Shown here one piece after another: positions 1 through 13,500 of a stretch of 64,000 bases of DNA (its first letter is position 1; each line of letters begins with the position of its first letter). The stretch comes from Bilabrum cf. latius. Its lineage: Eukaryota. The position numbers and the translations under genes are program-made. The notes below the pieces were generated by a model, which saw only the letters and a program-made list of their open reading frames with translations, had not been told where the DNA came from and ran no database searches. The stretch is taken from positions 682,001 through 746,000 of the forward strand of contig OZ237763.1 of NCBI GenBank assembly GCA_965178125.1, in the 5' to 3' direction.

Positions 1-3000
1 GCCGTTGTCTAGGCCCTGCACGCGGAACTCGCGGTGAGGCTCGATCATGTCCCTGTACCACGCGGGCTTGTCGCCCTGGTACCATGCCACGCGCAGTGTG
101 GACTCGCAGCTGTCGCCGCGCGCCCGCCCCTGGGTCTGCATGAGCGTCAGCTTGCCGTTCTCGAAGCCGTTCCTCGTCTCTGCGTTGGGCCCGATGGAGA
201 AGTCATACTCGTCCGTGTTTCCAGCGCCGGAGATGGCCACGCACCGCTGCGGCTGGTCAGCGGCACAGCTGCCCAGGGGCGCGAAGCCGGCCTCGCAGGT
301 GATCTCGGGGCACAGCACTGCCACACGGAAGCGGATGGTATCAGTGGCGCTGCCATCCTCGGCAACGAGCTGCATCTCAATCTGGTAGCTGCCCGCACCG
401 CCGTCGAAGACGGACGCGTCGGCCAGCACGACCTGCGCCGTGCTGGGCTCGTCACCGTCACCGGGCGTGATGCGGATCTCCAAGCCGTCGGTCTCGAAGC
501 AACCATCCGCTTCACAGGCGCCATCTGTCACGCCGCTGGGCTGCCCGGGCTTGAGGTGCGTGCAGTGGCACGTCAGCACGCCGTCCACAGTCACGGGATC
601 GGGGTGGGAGAAGGCCACAGACGCGCCCACGATGGCGCTGCCCACGGCTGCGTTCTTGCGGATGGAGGCGGGAATGCCGTCCAGGGCGGGCTGGGACAGG
701 ACGACGGGGGCCTCGACCACGTCCAGCACTGTCAGGGTCACGGTCACGGTGTCGGCGTCGGCCAGAGCCACCTTGCCGTCCAGCGCCGCCACGGTCACCG
801 TGACGATGTTGCTGCCCCCGTTGGCCACCATGGCCTCGAAGTCCTCGCCGGAGCCAGCGTAGCTGATCGTGGTGACGCCAGCGCTGGTGCTGATCTGGAA
901 GAGAGCAGCGCTGTCGCCGACCACCTGGTACGTGACCTCGTCGCTCCTGTCGCGGTCCGTGGCATCCAGCTCGCCCAGGACCACCGGGCCAGCCACGTTC
1001 TCCTCGATGCTGGCGGCGATGTCACCGCTCTGGAACTCGGGGTCGAACTCAAGGTTGCGCACGGTGAAGGAGAACCCGATCGAGGCCTTGAGGTTGCCGC
1101 TGTCGGTGGCCACCACGGTGGGGGACTGGGTCTGGGGCAAGCGGACCACGTCCTCGAACGCGATGGGCCCGCCGGTCATGGACACGATGCCCTCTGAGGA
1201 GATGGTCAGCGGGTAGGCGGCCGCGATCTGGTCGGGGATGCGCAGGGTAATGGTGAGAGAGTCGCCCGCGTCCTGGTCACGGAACAAGGCGCTCATGTCA
1301 AGCCCCGAGGAGGACTGCAGGTCAGTGCTCTGCTCGTCCACGCTGAAAGCGATCGAGGAACGGAGCCTCCTCGGCGCCTCGTTCACGTCCTGCACCTCGA
1401 TTCGGATGAGCACGCTGGCAGGCCCCGGGGCGCCAGGGCCCTCATTGGCAAGGTCTGGGTCACCGACCGTAAGCCTGTACACGAACACGTTGCCAGAGGG
1501 ACTCTCGAAGTCGAACCCGTCAGAATTGGAGCGCTGCTCCAGGATGCCCAGGTCGTTCAGGAACTCGACCTGATCCGTGGGCTCGTCGTTGGGGGTCTGC
1601 CCCTGCTGCGGCACGAACTCGATCGACCAATCGATGAAGAGCTGATCGGAGAAACCGTCGGGGTCCCGGAAGATATTGTCCGCGGCTGCGATCTGCAGGG
1701 GGAAATTGGGCACGTCGTTCTCGTCGACCTGGTACACGATGGGCGTCTGCACCCCGGGGATGATCACCACTTGCTCGTCCACGTCCCTGATCTCGATCTC
1801 GAGCAGGGTGGCGGACGAGGCCAGCCGACGGCGGAAGGAAGCATGCCTCTCGGAGTCGCCGCCCAGGCTGGCGAGCCTGCGGGAGGCGGGCTGGTTGTCT
1901 TCCACCACCAGGCGGAGGAGCCTGCGATCCTGCATGTCAGACGATCCGGAGAAGTCTGTCTCGAAGTCGAGGAGGGCGCCGCACCCCTCCCCGCTGGGCT
2001 TGAAGGCCAGCCCGAAGAGACGCCTTGAGGTGCCCGGCGTGTACGCGTCGTACGGGTCATCGGTGACCTCGACCGCCTCCACGCACGCGGAGATGTCAAT
2101 CCCCGACTCACCCTAAAAATCGCACAGCGGCAGGCCATTCTCGTCCGTGCCGTCGTCGCAGGACTGCACCACCACGGTGAGGTCCTCGAGGTCGCCCTCG
2201 TCCGGATCTCCCACGGACAGGGCTCCCTCCATGCGCTGGCCCTCGGAGGGGTTCTCGTCGAAGGCAAGCATGCCAGAGCCCAGCACCTGGGGCGCGAAGG
2301 GCGGCCGGTTCTCGAACACGTCGTTGACGTTCACCACGATGGTGGCAAAGGGCGTTTTGAAGCCGCTCTCGTCCGTGCACGTTACCTTCACGGTGTGCTG
2401 CACCTGGGTCTCGTAGTCAAGAGACCTGCCAGCCGCCACACGCAGGAGCACGGACCGGCCAGGCGACTCGTTCTCCTCCTTGTCCGGGTTGGACGACTCG
2501 CCCAGGCGAGCCTCGAACAGATCGTCGTCGACGCTGCAGGACACCACTTGGTCGTTCTCGTCGGGCTCGCCCACCCTGAGGTAGTTCAGCTCATCGGACG
2601 TAGGCTCGTCCTCTGAAGTGGCGGTCTCGGGGAAAGACACCTGCCCGGTGCGGCGGTTGAAGCGAGGAGCCTCGGGACGGTCCTGCACGGTGATAGGCAG
2701 CACGATCTGGGGGCTCTCGGCGTTGGCGCGCTGGCCCACGGCGGTCGCTGTCACCACGATCTCGAGGTTATTGGGGCACGCCGTCGAGCAGCGCAGGTTC
2801 TGGGCCGCGTCCTCGCCGAACACAAAGAAGCGTCGCAGCTCGGGCAGCCGCAAAGTGGCCGCCCCACCGGGAACGTCGTTGGTGCTGGGCAGGGGCACGG
2901 ATGTCGCCTGGAAACTGCGACTCGTGAGGTCGAGATCCACGGGAGTGCTGTCCGTTGAGTCCCGCAGCCGTAGTTCTGCCGTCAGGCGCACCTCGGGCTG

Positions 3001-6000
3001 TTCTGCGTCCTCAGTCGCGAAGGTGAACGGAGACCCTCCGAAACTCGTGGTGAAGTCCGCGCTGGGAAGGATGCTCAGCCGCCCGTCGGGCCTGGCCTCC
3101 GTGGGCACGTTGCCGATGCCCCGCACGAAGCTGAACTTCCCAGCCCCAGTGCCGGCTTGCTCGAGGATGGCAGCGGTGGACGCACGAAAGCCCAGCTGCG
3201 GGGGGTCCACGAGGTCACGCGCTTTGAAGGTCAGCGGTCCGATGCTCTGTGCCGAGTCCTTGCAGGCCTGTGTCCTCTCCTTGCCCGCGGCGCAGGGCCC
3301 TGACCTCACCACCACGCGGAAATCAAACTGCCTTGAGTCGGCGGGCAGTTCCTCGTAGTTGATGGTCCGCTCCGCCTCCTCCACCCCGGACTCGGGGAAG
3401 CTCACCTCCAGCGAGAAACTGGTGGGGCTGCCCCCTGTGCGGATGCGGCCTGAGACGGGCTTCACCACCACGGTGCCTTCGCTGGACACGTCCGTCACGG
3501 CGGCAGCATCCTCGCCGTCGGTGATGAACGCACCAGCGGGCGGTGCCACGGCGGCAGGCTTGATGTTCAGCAGAGCCTTGCCCGCGTACATACCCCCGGC
3601 AAGGGAAGGACTGCTGTCGCCGTCGAAGACCACGGCCAGCTCAAGGTCCCTGTCACCACCGCCAGTCACGGTGCCCTGCACGCCCGAGAATCGACCCACC
3701 GGCAGCGGAGTGTCATCGCTCACGCGGAACTGCGTGCTGGATCCGAACACCGTGTCGATCTCGGCCAGCGGCTCGCAGGAGATTGCCTCCCCGCGGCCCT
3801 CGCCGCTGTCGCCTTCGGCCTCGAAGCCCTCGGAGCACACGCACGCGGTGCTGTCGGCGTTGGGCTCCGCGTTCTCGTCCGCGTCGGTGCACTGGAAGCA
3901 GGGCACTACCTGGCCGAAATCAGCGTGGTTGATGCTGCCAGACTCGCACTGGTTGCAGGTCGCCGAGCCCTCAAGCGGCTGGAAGCGGCCAGGGGAGCAG
4001 GACTGGCACGCCAGGGCGCCCACGAGCGGCTGGAAGCGGCCGGGAGCGCACGAGGAGCACGTCTTAGTGTCGTCCTCGCCCGCACCGGGCTTGCAGGTGA
4101 AGGTCACGGTGTTGGACAGCGAGACCGTGCCGATGGAGCACAGCACGCCCTGCGTGTCCAGGTTGAATCCGCCCGACGGCGACTCGTCCAGCTCGCCGTC
4201 GCAGGCCACGAGGCGCACGGGTACTTCATCGTCGGTGCTGTACTCGAGCCCGGCGGCGCTGAGGGTCACTGCTCCAGAGGAGCGATCCACGGAGAGGCTG
4301 CTGATGGCGGCGGAGCTGGGCACCTCCACATTGGGGAAGGTCACGTCCTTGCCATGGAGGTAGTAGACCACGCTGCTGCCACTCTCGGGGTCCTCGAAGG
4401 CGGGAGCGGCCGAGCTGGCGATGGTCACCGCGTCGTTGATAGGGGCCTGCACCTGCACAGTGCTGCCAGCGGAGCTGCCTGCAGCCGCGGCCGGTGCCTC
4501 GTTCACGTCGGTGATCTTGAACACGCCCGGGAATTCGAGTGTCTACGACTCGCCGTTGCTGAACTGCACGGTCACCTTGAGGGTGTACTGCCAACCGCCC
4601 TCGGGGAAGCTCTCGAAGTCAAGTGCCGAGGCCTTGGCGCGAATGGCGTCGCCCACATCGTTCACGAACAGGATCCCGCTGTCGTCCCCCTCCTCACCGG
4701 GGACGATCTCCAGGTTGAAGGTGGTCACCGTCACGCCGCACGCCTCGGTGTTGGCAGAGACATCTGCGATCGGCACGCTGGCATCAGGGGAGGCGTCTCC
4801 CGCGGCCGTGAGCTCAGAGCGAGCGGGGATGCTGATGTCGCCACCAGGAGAGGGCTGCACCGCGAGCTGGCCTCCAGCATTCGAGTACGTGATATCGATG
4901 ACCGCAGTGATCACAATAGAGTCGTCACCGCTGGTTGACTCCGCCACCTGGCTGCTGCCGGCACCGTTGCTAGAGCACGTGGCCCCCTCATCGAAAGCAG
5001 GCAAGAGGGGCCCCTGGGCAGCGATGCCAGAGCCAGCCACGGAATCGTCGCCCTGTGCGCTCTCGCTCACAGCGGGCATCTGCATGGGGTCGCCCCAGCA
5101 CTTCATGCCGCGCGCCACGTCGTCGGTCGAGTACAGGGCGCATGCCTGCGTGTTGGTGACCGCCAGCTCGTGTACGACGAGGTCGCCCGAGCCATCAGCG
5201 GTGCCGAGGAACTCGAGGAAGTCGGTCGAGCTGACTGTTGCGGGGACGGGACCGTTCGAGTCGGTCTTGCCTCCCATGGAGGCGAGGGCGGTGGCACCCA
5301 TAGGCAAGGGCTCCTGCACGCAGACTATGCCACCGCGGAATGCAACATCGGGTGCACTAGCAGAGATGGGGGCAGCCGCGAAGCAGGCAGCCTGAGGACC
5401 GGAAGATACGTCGAAGCTATCGAAGTTCTACAGCTGGAAAGCTTGGCCATCCACTGAGGCCCCGAAGGCCTCAATAGAATAGCCGCCCGTGGTGCCATCG
5501 AAGTCGGCTGCGTTCCAGCCCCACCCGCGGCCCAGCCACAGGTACGGGGGGCCGTCCTAGTCGGGATCCATGTTGGCTAGTTGGAAGCGGTTTGCGTAGG
5601 TGCGAGTTCTCAGCGGTTTGGGCAGGAGTCCAGCCGCCTTAAGGTTGTCCCAGTCGCCCCAGCACCTGAGTAGCACGGTGGTGGTGTCCCCGGTGATGTC
5701 ACTGTTGCGCACGCGTGCACACACAGCCGAGTGCAGTGAGACGAGCTCCAGCACCTCGTCTCGCTCGTTCATGACGACTTCCACGGGCTTGGCCTCAGCA
5801 ACCTATAGCACGGGGGAGCTGTACAGATCTCCAGCAACGTTCTCAACGCTAGTGCGTCGCACTATGGGCTGCACGATGCCGGGGGCGGGATCCAGGGCTG
5901 CCTCGTTCTCGTCCTCGCCAAGCCCCTTGCCCACGGCTGCCGACGTGACGCCCCAGCACACCACGCGAGTATCGTCGTAAGTATTGGTTCCCACTGTCTC

Positions 6001-7293
6001 GGGCTCGTAGAGCACACAGTAGTGCAGTGCACCCGCCACGATCTGTGTGGCCTTGCGCGCCGCCAGCTCCGAATCGACGTACGTGCCGATGGGCACCGGG
6101 CCTAGGCCAAGGCTCGGCATACGGGTCTAGGCTGCTGTCTCGCGGCTGTGGTAGACGCCGCTAGGTGAGAACCCCAAAGAAATGGGCCCGAAGCACTGCA
6201 CGTTGCCGAACAGCACGTCGTTCTGGTCGTCGACGATGGAAGGCACCTGGCCCTCCATCAGGAAGCACGAGCCGGTTGTGGTGGAGGCGCCCTCGCCGCT
6301 GAATGTCCGGTGCGCGGGGCGGGTGGTTGGGGTCGAGGGCACCTCTCCGTCGAAGAGGTCCTCGCACTCGTCGTTGAAGCGAGCCTTCTGCCAACCGGCG
6401 CTCGGGCGCATGGCGTTGCCAGCGACCTCTTCGTCATCATGGGAACCCAGCACAACGCTGACGTAGCTCAGCAGGAGATTGCGATCATTATCGTCCTGCT
6501 GCGCAATGTAAGCGTCAGTGTACGGCTTCGGTTCCGCGTAGCAGGTCGGCAAGGATATTTGCCGGGCGGATGTGAACAAGCCTAGCTAGTCCGGACGCTG
6601 CACGCTAATCAGCGAAACCGGTTGCTCCGGAGTACCGAGGTCCTGAACGGACAAATCTGATCCAGTATACGCGCAGTACAGATCGCCTTGAGCCACACCG
6701 CAGATGTGGGCGTGACCGGTCGTGATGCCCTCGAGATCCGTGTCGGAGCCCTTGGTGACAGCAGGCGAATCCTGGATGATCGAGAACGAGCCCTCTGCGT
6801 CATAAGCAGCTGTCACATCGGACTGCGCGCCGCTGGAGAGACCGCAACGAGCTTTCAAATCGTTGGACTGCTTGTGACACCCAAAGCAGTACGTCTGGGC
6901 TTCAGAGCTGGATGATTCTGCGAAACAAGAAGCCAAACGGTAAGGAGGCCTTAGCACCGTGAACGGAGGTACAGTCATAACACAGCCCGCTACAGCAAAC
7001 ATGGTAAGTTATTTTCGAATATCAGAGAAAGTCTTGAGGGCAAGAAGCGGGATAACGAACCGTGGCGCCAAACCACATCACTACGCGTCAAGATGCAACA
7101 ACCCAATACCACTCGATTTTGCACGAGTTCCCGAAAATTATGGCAACTCACGGTCAGTGCGCTGTGCTTGAGAGCAAATAAGTCCATTGGTGGACCTGTA
7201 AAGTCCCTGCCAGCCGCAGGAAGCGCATGATCCGGTCGCCGACACACTCGCAGTACCGAAGGCTGCCAGAACAGCCAACGTGTAAGTGATCAT
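1..7293 (-). CDS. Large secreted/surface protein with cadherin-like repeats and Cys-rich (GCC2/GCC3, ephrin-receptor-like) repeats; 3' end runs off the window
   Basis: ORFs 6586-7002, 6127-6579, 5803-6120, 5557-5784, 4543-5319 and 2113-4524 share one frame, separated only by TAG (6586, 6127, 5803, 5557, 5428, 4543, 2113). The frame stays open to base 1. Cadherin-type motifs: ITDVNEAP, LDYETQ, VNVNDVFENRPPF, DATDRD, VLDVVEAP. CxxCxPGRFQ repeats are present. Predicted first exon from ATG 7293 encodes a signal peptide (MITYTLAVLAAFGTASVSA). Confidence 0.85.
6918..7151 (-). other. Probable spliceosomal intron (may hide a micro-exon)
   Basis: GTGAGT donor at 7151; GCTAA...TTCTTGTTTCGCAG acceptor at 6918. 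The phase-1 join restores the downstream frame. Confidence 0.55.
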
Positions 7294-7546
7294 GGTGAAC
7301 TCTACTGAGCTGAATGGGTAGTAGTGAGCTACTCTAGCAATTTGACTGGCGATTCGACGAATGTCGAAGCAGCGGCAGTCACAGTACTAGGAAGAATGGT
7401 TTGAGTTGGTCCGCTGGAAATAAAATAAACTCTCCTTTCATAGAAATTGCAGTTGGTCGCAAGCAGCGGTCGCAACCACACAGGCAATAATCGGTCCCTC
7501 AACAAGCAGCTCTCACTCGACAATGACTTCCAATATATGTTTCAGA

Positions 7547-10500
7547 TCAGTGCCCACGCCGCCTTCCGCGTTTTCTGGAGGTGCGCACTGCCCCGGCAGC
7601 ATCGTTTCTCTCCTGCGCAATCCGCGAGCGGTCCGTGTGATAGAACTCGTCTAGCACCCCGACCGTGTGCCTAGAATTCAGCCGGCCCATGCCGTGCAAC
7701 CCGATACCCTCCTGCTGCTCGCCAAGCTCTCTTCCACTGAGCAGCCTGCCGGTCCGTACGAGGTCCTCCAGCTTGCGAAGGCGGCTGCCACGCCTCCAGT
7801 GCCTCGCTGTTTCACTCTCGGCGTCGCCACCGCCCGCCTAGCCCAGCCCTGTCCCCACACTATCTCGCGCGTACCCCTTCAGAGCAAGCGAGAAATCCCG
7901 CCTCTTCGCACTTGCACTACGTTGCACCCGTGCCTTCGCCATCGGGTTGTTGGCGGCGGCGGGCCTCTGCAAATCGGACTCCCTCTCCTTCGAGTTCCCG
8001 TCCCGCTCCAGCCTCCTCTGCGCCTCGAACTCCCTCTCCCTCTCCCTCCGGATAGCCTCGGGACTCTCCGGATCTTCCTGCAGGATCGTCCACCAGAAGA
8101 GTAAGAACAGCACGCCCAGGCACGTTATGCTGCCGATCCCGACCACGTACGTGAGCCCGAGTGCCGCCTGCTGCAGCACGTCACCGTACCTCGCCTGCAT
8201 CGTGGGATGCTGCTGAATTGCAGATACAGTGTTGAGACCCACGGCAAGAGCAGACAGCAGTAGAGTGCCTGCTTTGCCCACCCTCTTCCATTCGAACTCT
8301 TCGAGAAAGGGAGCTGCCCACTCGATCGCAACCATGGCAGACAGCAGCACAAAAATGGAGCAAATCCCAGCAAACAGGGCTCGAGTCGGCTCGTTGGGCA
8401 CCCACAGCACCTCAAGACCGGCTAAGCAAAGCAGCACCATCCAGTCAACCACACGCACCCACGCCCTGGAGGCACGGTAATCCCCATCCACAAAGTAGGC
8501 CAGCCGGTGAGTTTGCCGCAGGATCAGCGACCGGTCTCTCACTGTCTCCAGCATCACTCGCGCCATGGCAGGCGACACGTTGACCCCGAACGACTCAATC
8601 TCAGCCTGGAGTGCGGGCAGAGGGCCCGAAGTGGGTGACTCCGCCAGTGCCCTCTGCACGTGGCCGGGTGCACCTGAGCCTCTTTGCGCACGCGGTGCAT
8701 GGGCGGGCGGCTGCCGCGGGTACTCCTTGCTGTCTGACTCGCTCCGTCCCCTGGACTCCTATTGGGCTTCACCCCGCAGCATGCCCTGTTGCGGCCGCTT
8801 CCCCAGCCTCGGGGCTCCCGACCGATACGTGCTCTCCTTCTTCTTTGTCAGCGCCCCGCTTGATCGCATTGGGTTGCTGAAGTGAACTGCGCCTCCGTCG
8901 CTGTCCTGGCTGGAATGGTTCAGCTGCGGCCCGCTCGTGTCCATCCCTTCGGATGCCGCCTCTGTGTCATCTTGATCCGCGAGATAGTCTCGCTTGAGCT
9001 GCCGCACCGAGAGAGATGCAGCCTCGTGGGAGAACGGGCCAGATGTAGGGGTGGCAGCAGCCGAGGACACGCGTTGGCCTGGAGCTGCAGACGCCCTCGC
9101 GCAGCAACCCGTGCTACTTTGCTGTCGCATTTGCTGTTTCCGCTCCTCAGCGATAGCCATGTTGAGCAGGGTCTTGGTCGCGAGCAGCCGTGGAGCGGAT
9201 GGGGAGGCCTCCACTGTGCGGTCCACTTCGGGCACGATCCACAGCAGCAGCACGAGAGGGTACCCCAGGAGAATGAGTAGACCGGCTATGCAGGCCAGGG
9301 CCAGGGCGAGCTAGTGAGGAGCGTCCCGGAAACAGACCACAGTGGGGTCTTTCACTAACAGCAGCACATCCGTGTCTGACGGGTCGTGCCCCAGGCTGGC
9401 GAGGATGCCAGCTTCTAGCGACCCTAGCCCAGCACCAGCACCAGAGGCATTAGGCTCGGTAACGTTGGCGGCTTGATATTCGCTGCCAGTTGAGATGTTC
9501 GCAGCGCTGCCAAGTGCCTCAGGGGGCAGCTGTACGGCATCGACTGCGGACTCGGCCACCTGTGCAAGCGCCATGGGGGTCCTGCAGTCGACTACCTGCA
9601 CGATGGTGGTGCACACGATGGCGTACAGCAGTGACAGTGCAGTCAACAGTCCTCTCGAGGTGATGCCAAGAGATGTGGTTGCGTCGCCTCTGGTTACTCT
9701 GCCCGCGTGAAGAATGCCTTGCTGGCCTGGCTTGAAGCCTGGCGAGCTGCGGCCAGGGCCGCGCGACAGTGGTGATGAATCCGTGCCCACTCGTTTGCTG
9801 GAGCCCATCACCTCTCGCATAGCTGCCGCGGGGGAGGCGGGGTGGGACTGTAGTCCCATACCCACCGGAACCAGGCCTGTCCGCACTGATAGCCCTTGAC
9901 CCTTGCCAGCCGGCCCGTCTTTGCCGGTCTGATGGTGCGCGTGCGACATGGGATTTCGCACGAAGCAGGAAGCGGATGTGTCGCTGGGTGAGGACATGGG
10001 TTCTCGAGAAATCGACTCGGCTGGCAGTCCCGAGGACCACAATGCAGTATACCCTGCGATCCCGATGAAGATAGCCACCCCGAGCACCACCATTTCCTGG
10101 GCCAGCTTGATACTGCCAACGCAGTCAGGGTGCACCAGCGCGGAGCTCTCAAACCGAAACACGTCCAGCATTCGCACCACCGTGTAGTACCACTGGGGCA
10201 GGCCTGGCTGCACCGCCCTGCCTGCCTGCGCCACGGTCTACAGAAGCACGCCAGCGAACAGCGTGAACTGTGCCGTCCTCTTGGCCGCCAGCCCGAGCGG
10301 GATCTCTCGCGCGTATGCCACCGTGCCAACGCCAAGCATGAGCACGATGCAAGCGCCGAGCACACCTCCGCCGTACAGCAGCACTGGCTAGATCAGCAGC
10401 CAGGCAGATGGCGAGGAGGGACACAGCTGGCAGCTGCCATCTGCCTCCGGAAACCTCCCGTCCTCGCACCTCGAGCATCCAGTAGACCCCTGCCTGTATC

Positions 10501-13500
10501 CATACCCACACATAGATGCCTCGCTCTCACTGCTCCAGCCCAGGCATCGCTCCACGGCAGGTGGCTCGCACTGCACTACGAGTCCAGAGTCGGCTGACTC
10601 GGTCCAGTACCCTGGCATTGGCAGTGCCTTGTATCCACCGGGGCACACGGCGCCACCGGGACACGGCCTGCACTCCCCACCGGCACCAAACGCGCACACC
10701 AACCCGGCCTTGACTGCGTCTTCATTCGAACAGAGAGCCCCTGGCTCAGGATAGCCCACGCACTACTCCACGTACTCGATTCCGCCCCTCAGTACGAGAG
10801 CAGTAAGGCCCCTTGGACTCCCAACGACGCCCTCACCGGTGAATGCTACCTACAGGGAGGTGCCAGATGCGCCATGATCTAGCGCGAAATCCTCGGTGCC
10901 TGGCTCAAATGGAGCGAGAAGCACGCACCCACCGAGCTCAAACGATTCATTGAGCCCGCCTGTGGAAAGTTTCCACTCTCGGTCTCTGTCCTGCATCGCA
11001 CATAAATCGTGTAGCAGCGACATGGTCCGGCTGTCCGCGAGCACCCGAGTGACATTGGCCCCAGATGGTTGCACTTGCAGCTCCCTTGCGGCTCGACTAG
11101 GTGCTGGAGATTCCTGATTAGATTCGGTATCGAATCCCGGTTCAAATCGATGACGTATGGATGCCCAAGGGGAGGAAACAGGGGCATGGCCGGCATCACT
11201 TCGCACAGGGGGGCTCGCAATTAGTACAGACCGTGCCGGACAGGCGTCTGCTGCGGCTCCTCCACCGCAAGCAGCACCTGCATCCGGCACGCGCACCCTC
11301 GCTCCGTCCATACTGTCCACTACTTGCACCACCTGTGCTTGCACACCCCCTACAAACACGAGCGAGTCATACGAGAAACACGGCACTCTGGTAACACCGT
11401 CAGTAGACATGGGACATGCCAGCGTGACCTCGGCAGACCCACTAACCACAAGGCTGGGGCCAAGCCAGGCGGCCCTAGTAGAGTCATCAGTACTCGCAGC
11501 CCGGAGGGCCTTTTGAATAGAATTATCTATCGATTCAGGGCCGCTTTCAGACAACTAACCATTCGAATTGTCCTGCAATCGTCGGCTGCTTTCATCTGAA
11601 TCAGGCAGAGCATCCGTTGACCCATCACCGGAGCCAGAGCTTCCCCACGCGGACAGATAGCGAGAGCTCCTTCCAAGAATGGCAGCGGCAGAACCGGGTG
11701 CAGGAGTGTCTTCCGTTGCACCGTCTGTTTCTGCGCCCCACACAGCGTCAGGAAGACGTGTGAGGATGTCGCTAGCCTGCGGCCAGCGCACCGGCCTTGC
11801 TGTCACTGGCACGCTCATTGCGAGAGGCTGCTCGTACACAGCGCCGCTCGGTGGACCTGGGAGTGCAGCCAGATCAGACGGTAGCAGCACGCGCTGATCT
11901 AATTCTGCCAATAACGAGGCAGCAGCTGCCTTCTAGGTCCCCACCATCACGCAAGTGAGCCATCCCCGGCCATGCGCGGGTTCCCTGTCTCTCGGCCATC
12001 GATCGGGGTCCCCCTGGCCTCGATTTGCCTCCGTTTGCAGCGACACGGTCAATGTTGCTCCCTGCTGCTGGTCGTTATCACCGTCATTGGCGCTGGTCCA
12101 TACCTCTGCATCTCTTGTCAGTGCCTGTACTGACGGCTTCGCCTCATGCGTGACTAGCCCAGTGGGATCAACCGAATGCCCCGCGCAAGCCAGTACAACC
12201 GCTTCATCGGCGGCAGGGGGTACTGGCACGCGGATGTGAAACGCCGGGGCAGAGCCAGCTGCAACTGACAGTGCGCTGCTGGACGTTGCGTGAATAGCCA
12301 CTCCAGCATCCGAGTCCCGCTTGCCAGGGTACAAATCAAGGAGAGATGAGGCAGCGAACATAGTGCGGTGCGAGCCCGCTTCGTTCGCCCTACTGGCTAG
12401 CTCAGCCTCAGACAGCCCGGTCACCACATCGACAGCATCAATCGGGGCACCCAAAGACGTGGACTCAGTCGGTGAGGTCAGCACCGCTAGCGATGTGCAA
12501 GCAGCCACTGATAGATCCACAGGCTCGCCTATCACAAGGGGTGAAGACGCGCGCCCGTCCAGCGCGGCTGTGAAAGCCCCTGGCAATGCCAACCGCATGG
12601 CACCTTGGCCTGGCACCTCCCCGGAGAACGGAAGCACCGTCAGCTGCGTTGACAATTCAACGCACACGGCGGATGACCCCACAGGTGCTTGCTGGTCCAG
12701 TGCCTGAAGCGCAGGCATTCCCACGAGTGGCCTTGCCTCCAGGGCCCGTTGCTCTCCCAGAATCGCACGTGCGTCCATCAGGGCCGTCCAGTCTGACGGA
12801 GGCACGGGAGGTACAAAGGCAGTTATGTTGAGCCCACGCTGTACAGATGCAGCTGCGGTCCCTGCAGCAGCTGCTGGTTGCTCTAGAATGTGGGCAGTGC
12901 TGCGCAGGTCGCTCACCCTGCCAGAGCCACCGCTCACCCGCACTCCAAGCTACGCACTCGCAAGCCGCGCAGGCAACCCACTCACTGTCCAGTCATCTTG
13001 TGACCCAGTCAGCACATGCATCAAATCTACCCGCAGGGTATTCAGCACACCTATGGGGTTGGATAGATCCGCTGTCTGGAATACCAGAGACACGTTCACA
13101 ACTGGTGGGAGCCACCCGATCGATGCAGCGGCCCCGTCTCGGTCATTTGAGCCTGCAGTAGCACCCAGGGTGGCAGCAGCAGCTGCCGGAGCGCCGCTTG
13201 AGTCACGATGGTGATCTTGCTGCAGAACTGCGCCCGAGCAGATCCTAGTGGTGATTGCCATTCTCGGCCCGCACGCGGCTGTGGATCCGCTGATGGGAGG
13301 CAGGGGGTGAACGCCCTTGCATTCATGCGACGCACCCAATCGTGGGACCTCGGCCAGCGAACCTTCAGCTGCCTGTGCAGCTCTCGCGGCCCCCATGGGC
13401 CAGGTGCACTGGGGACCCTGGTCCAGGTATACGGTGATCGATGCGGGTTTGCCATACAGTCTCACATCTGGGCTTGCCACGGCTATTCCACGCAGCTAGT

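Noticed and set aside
34-5395. Long plus-strand ORFs (34-1197, 3359-4363, 3925-4938, 4421-5395)
   Set aside because: Antisense shadows of the GC3-biased minus-strand cadherin gene; no recognisable motifs.
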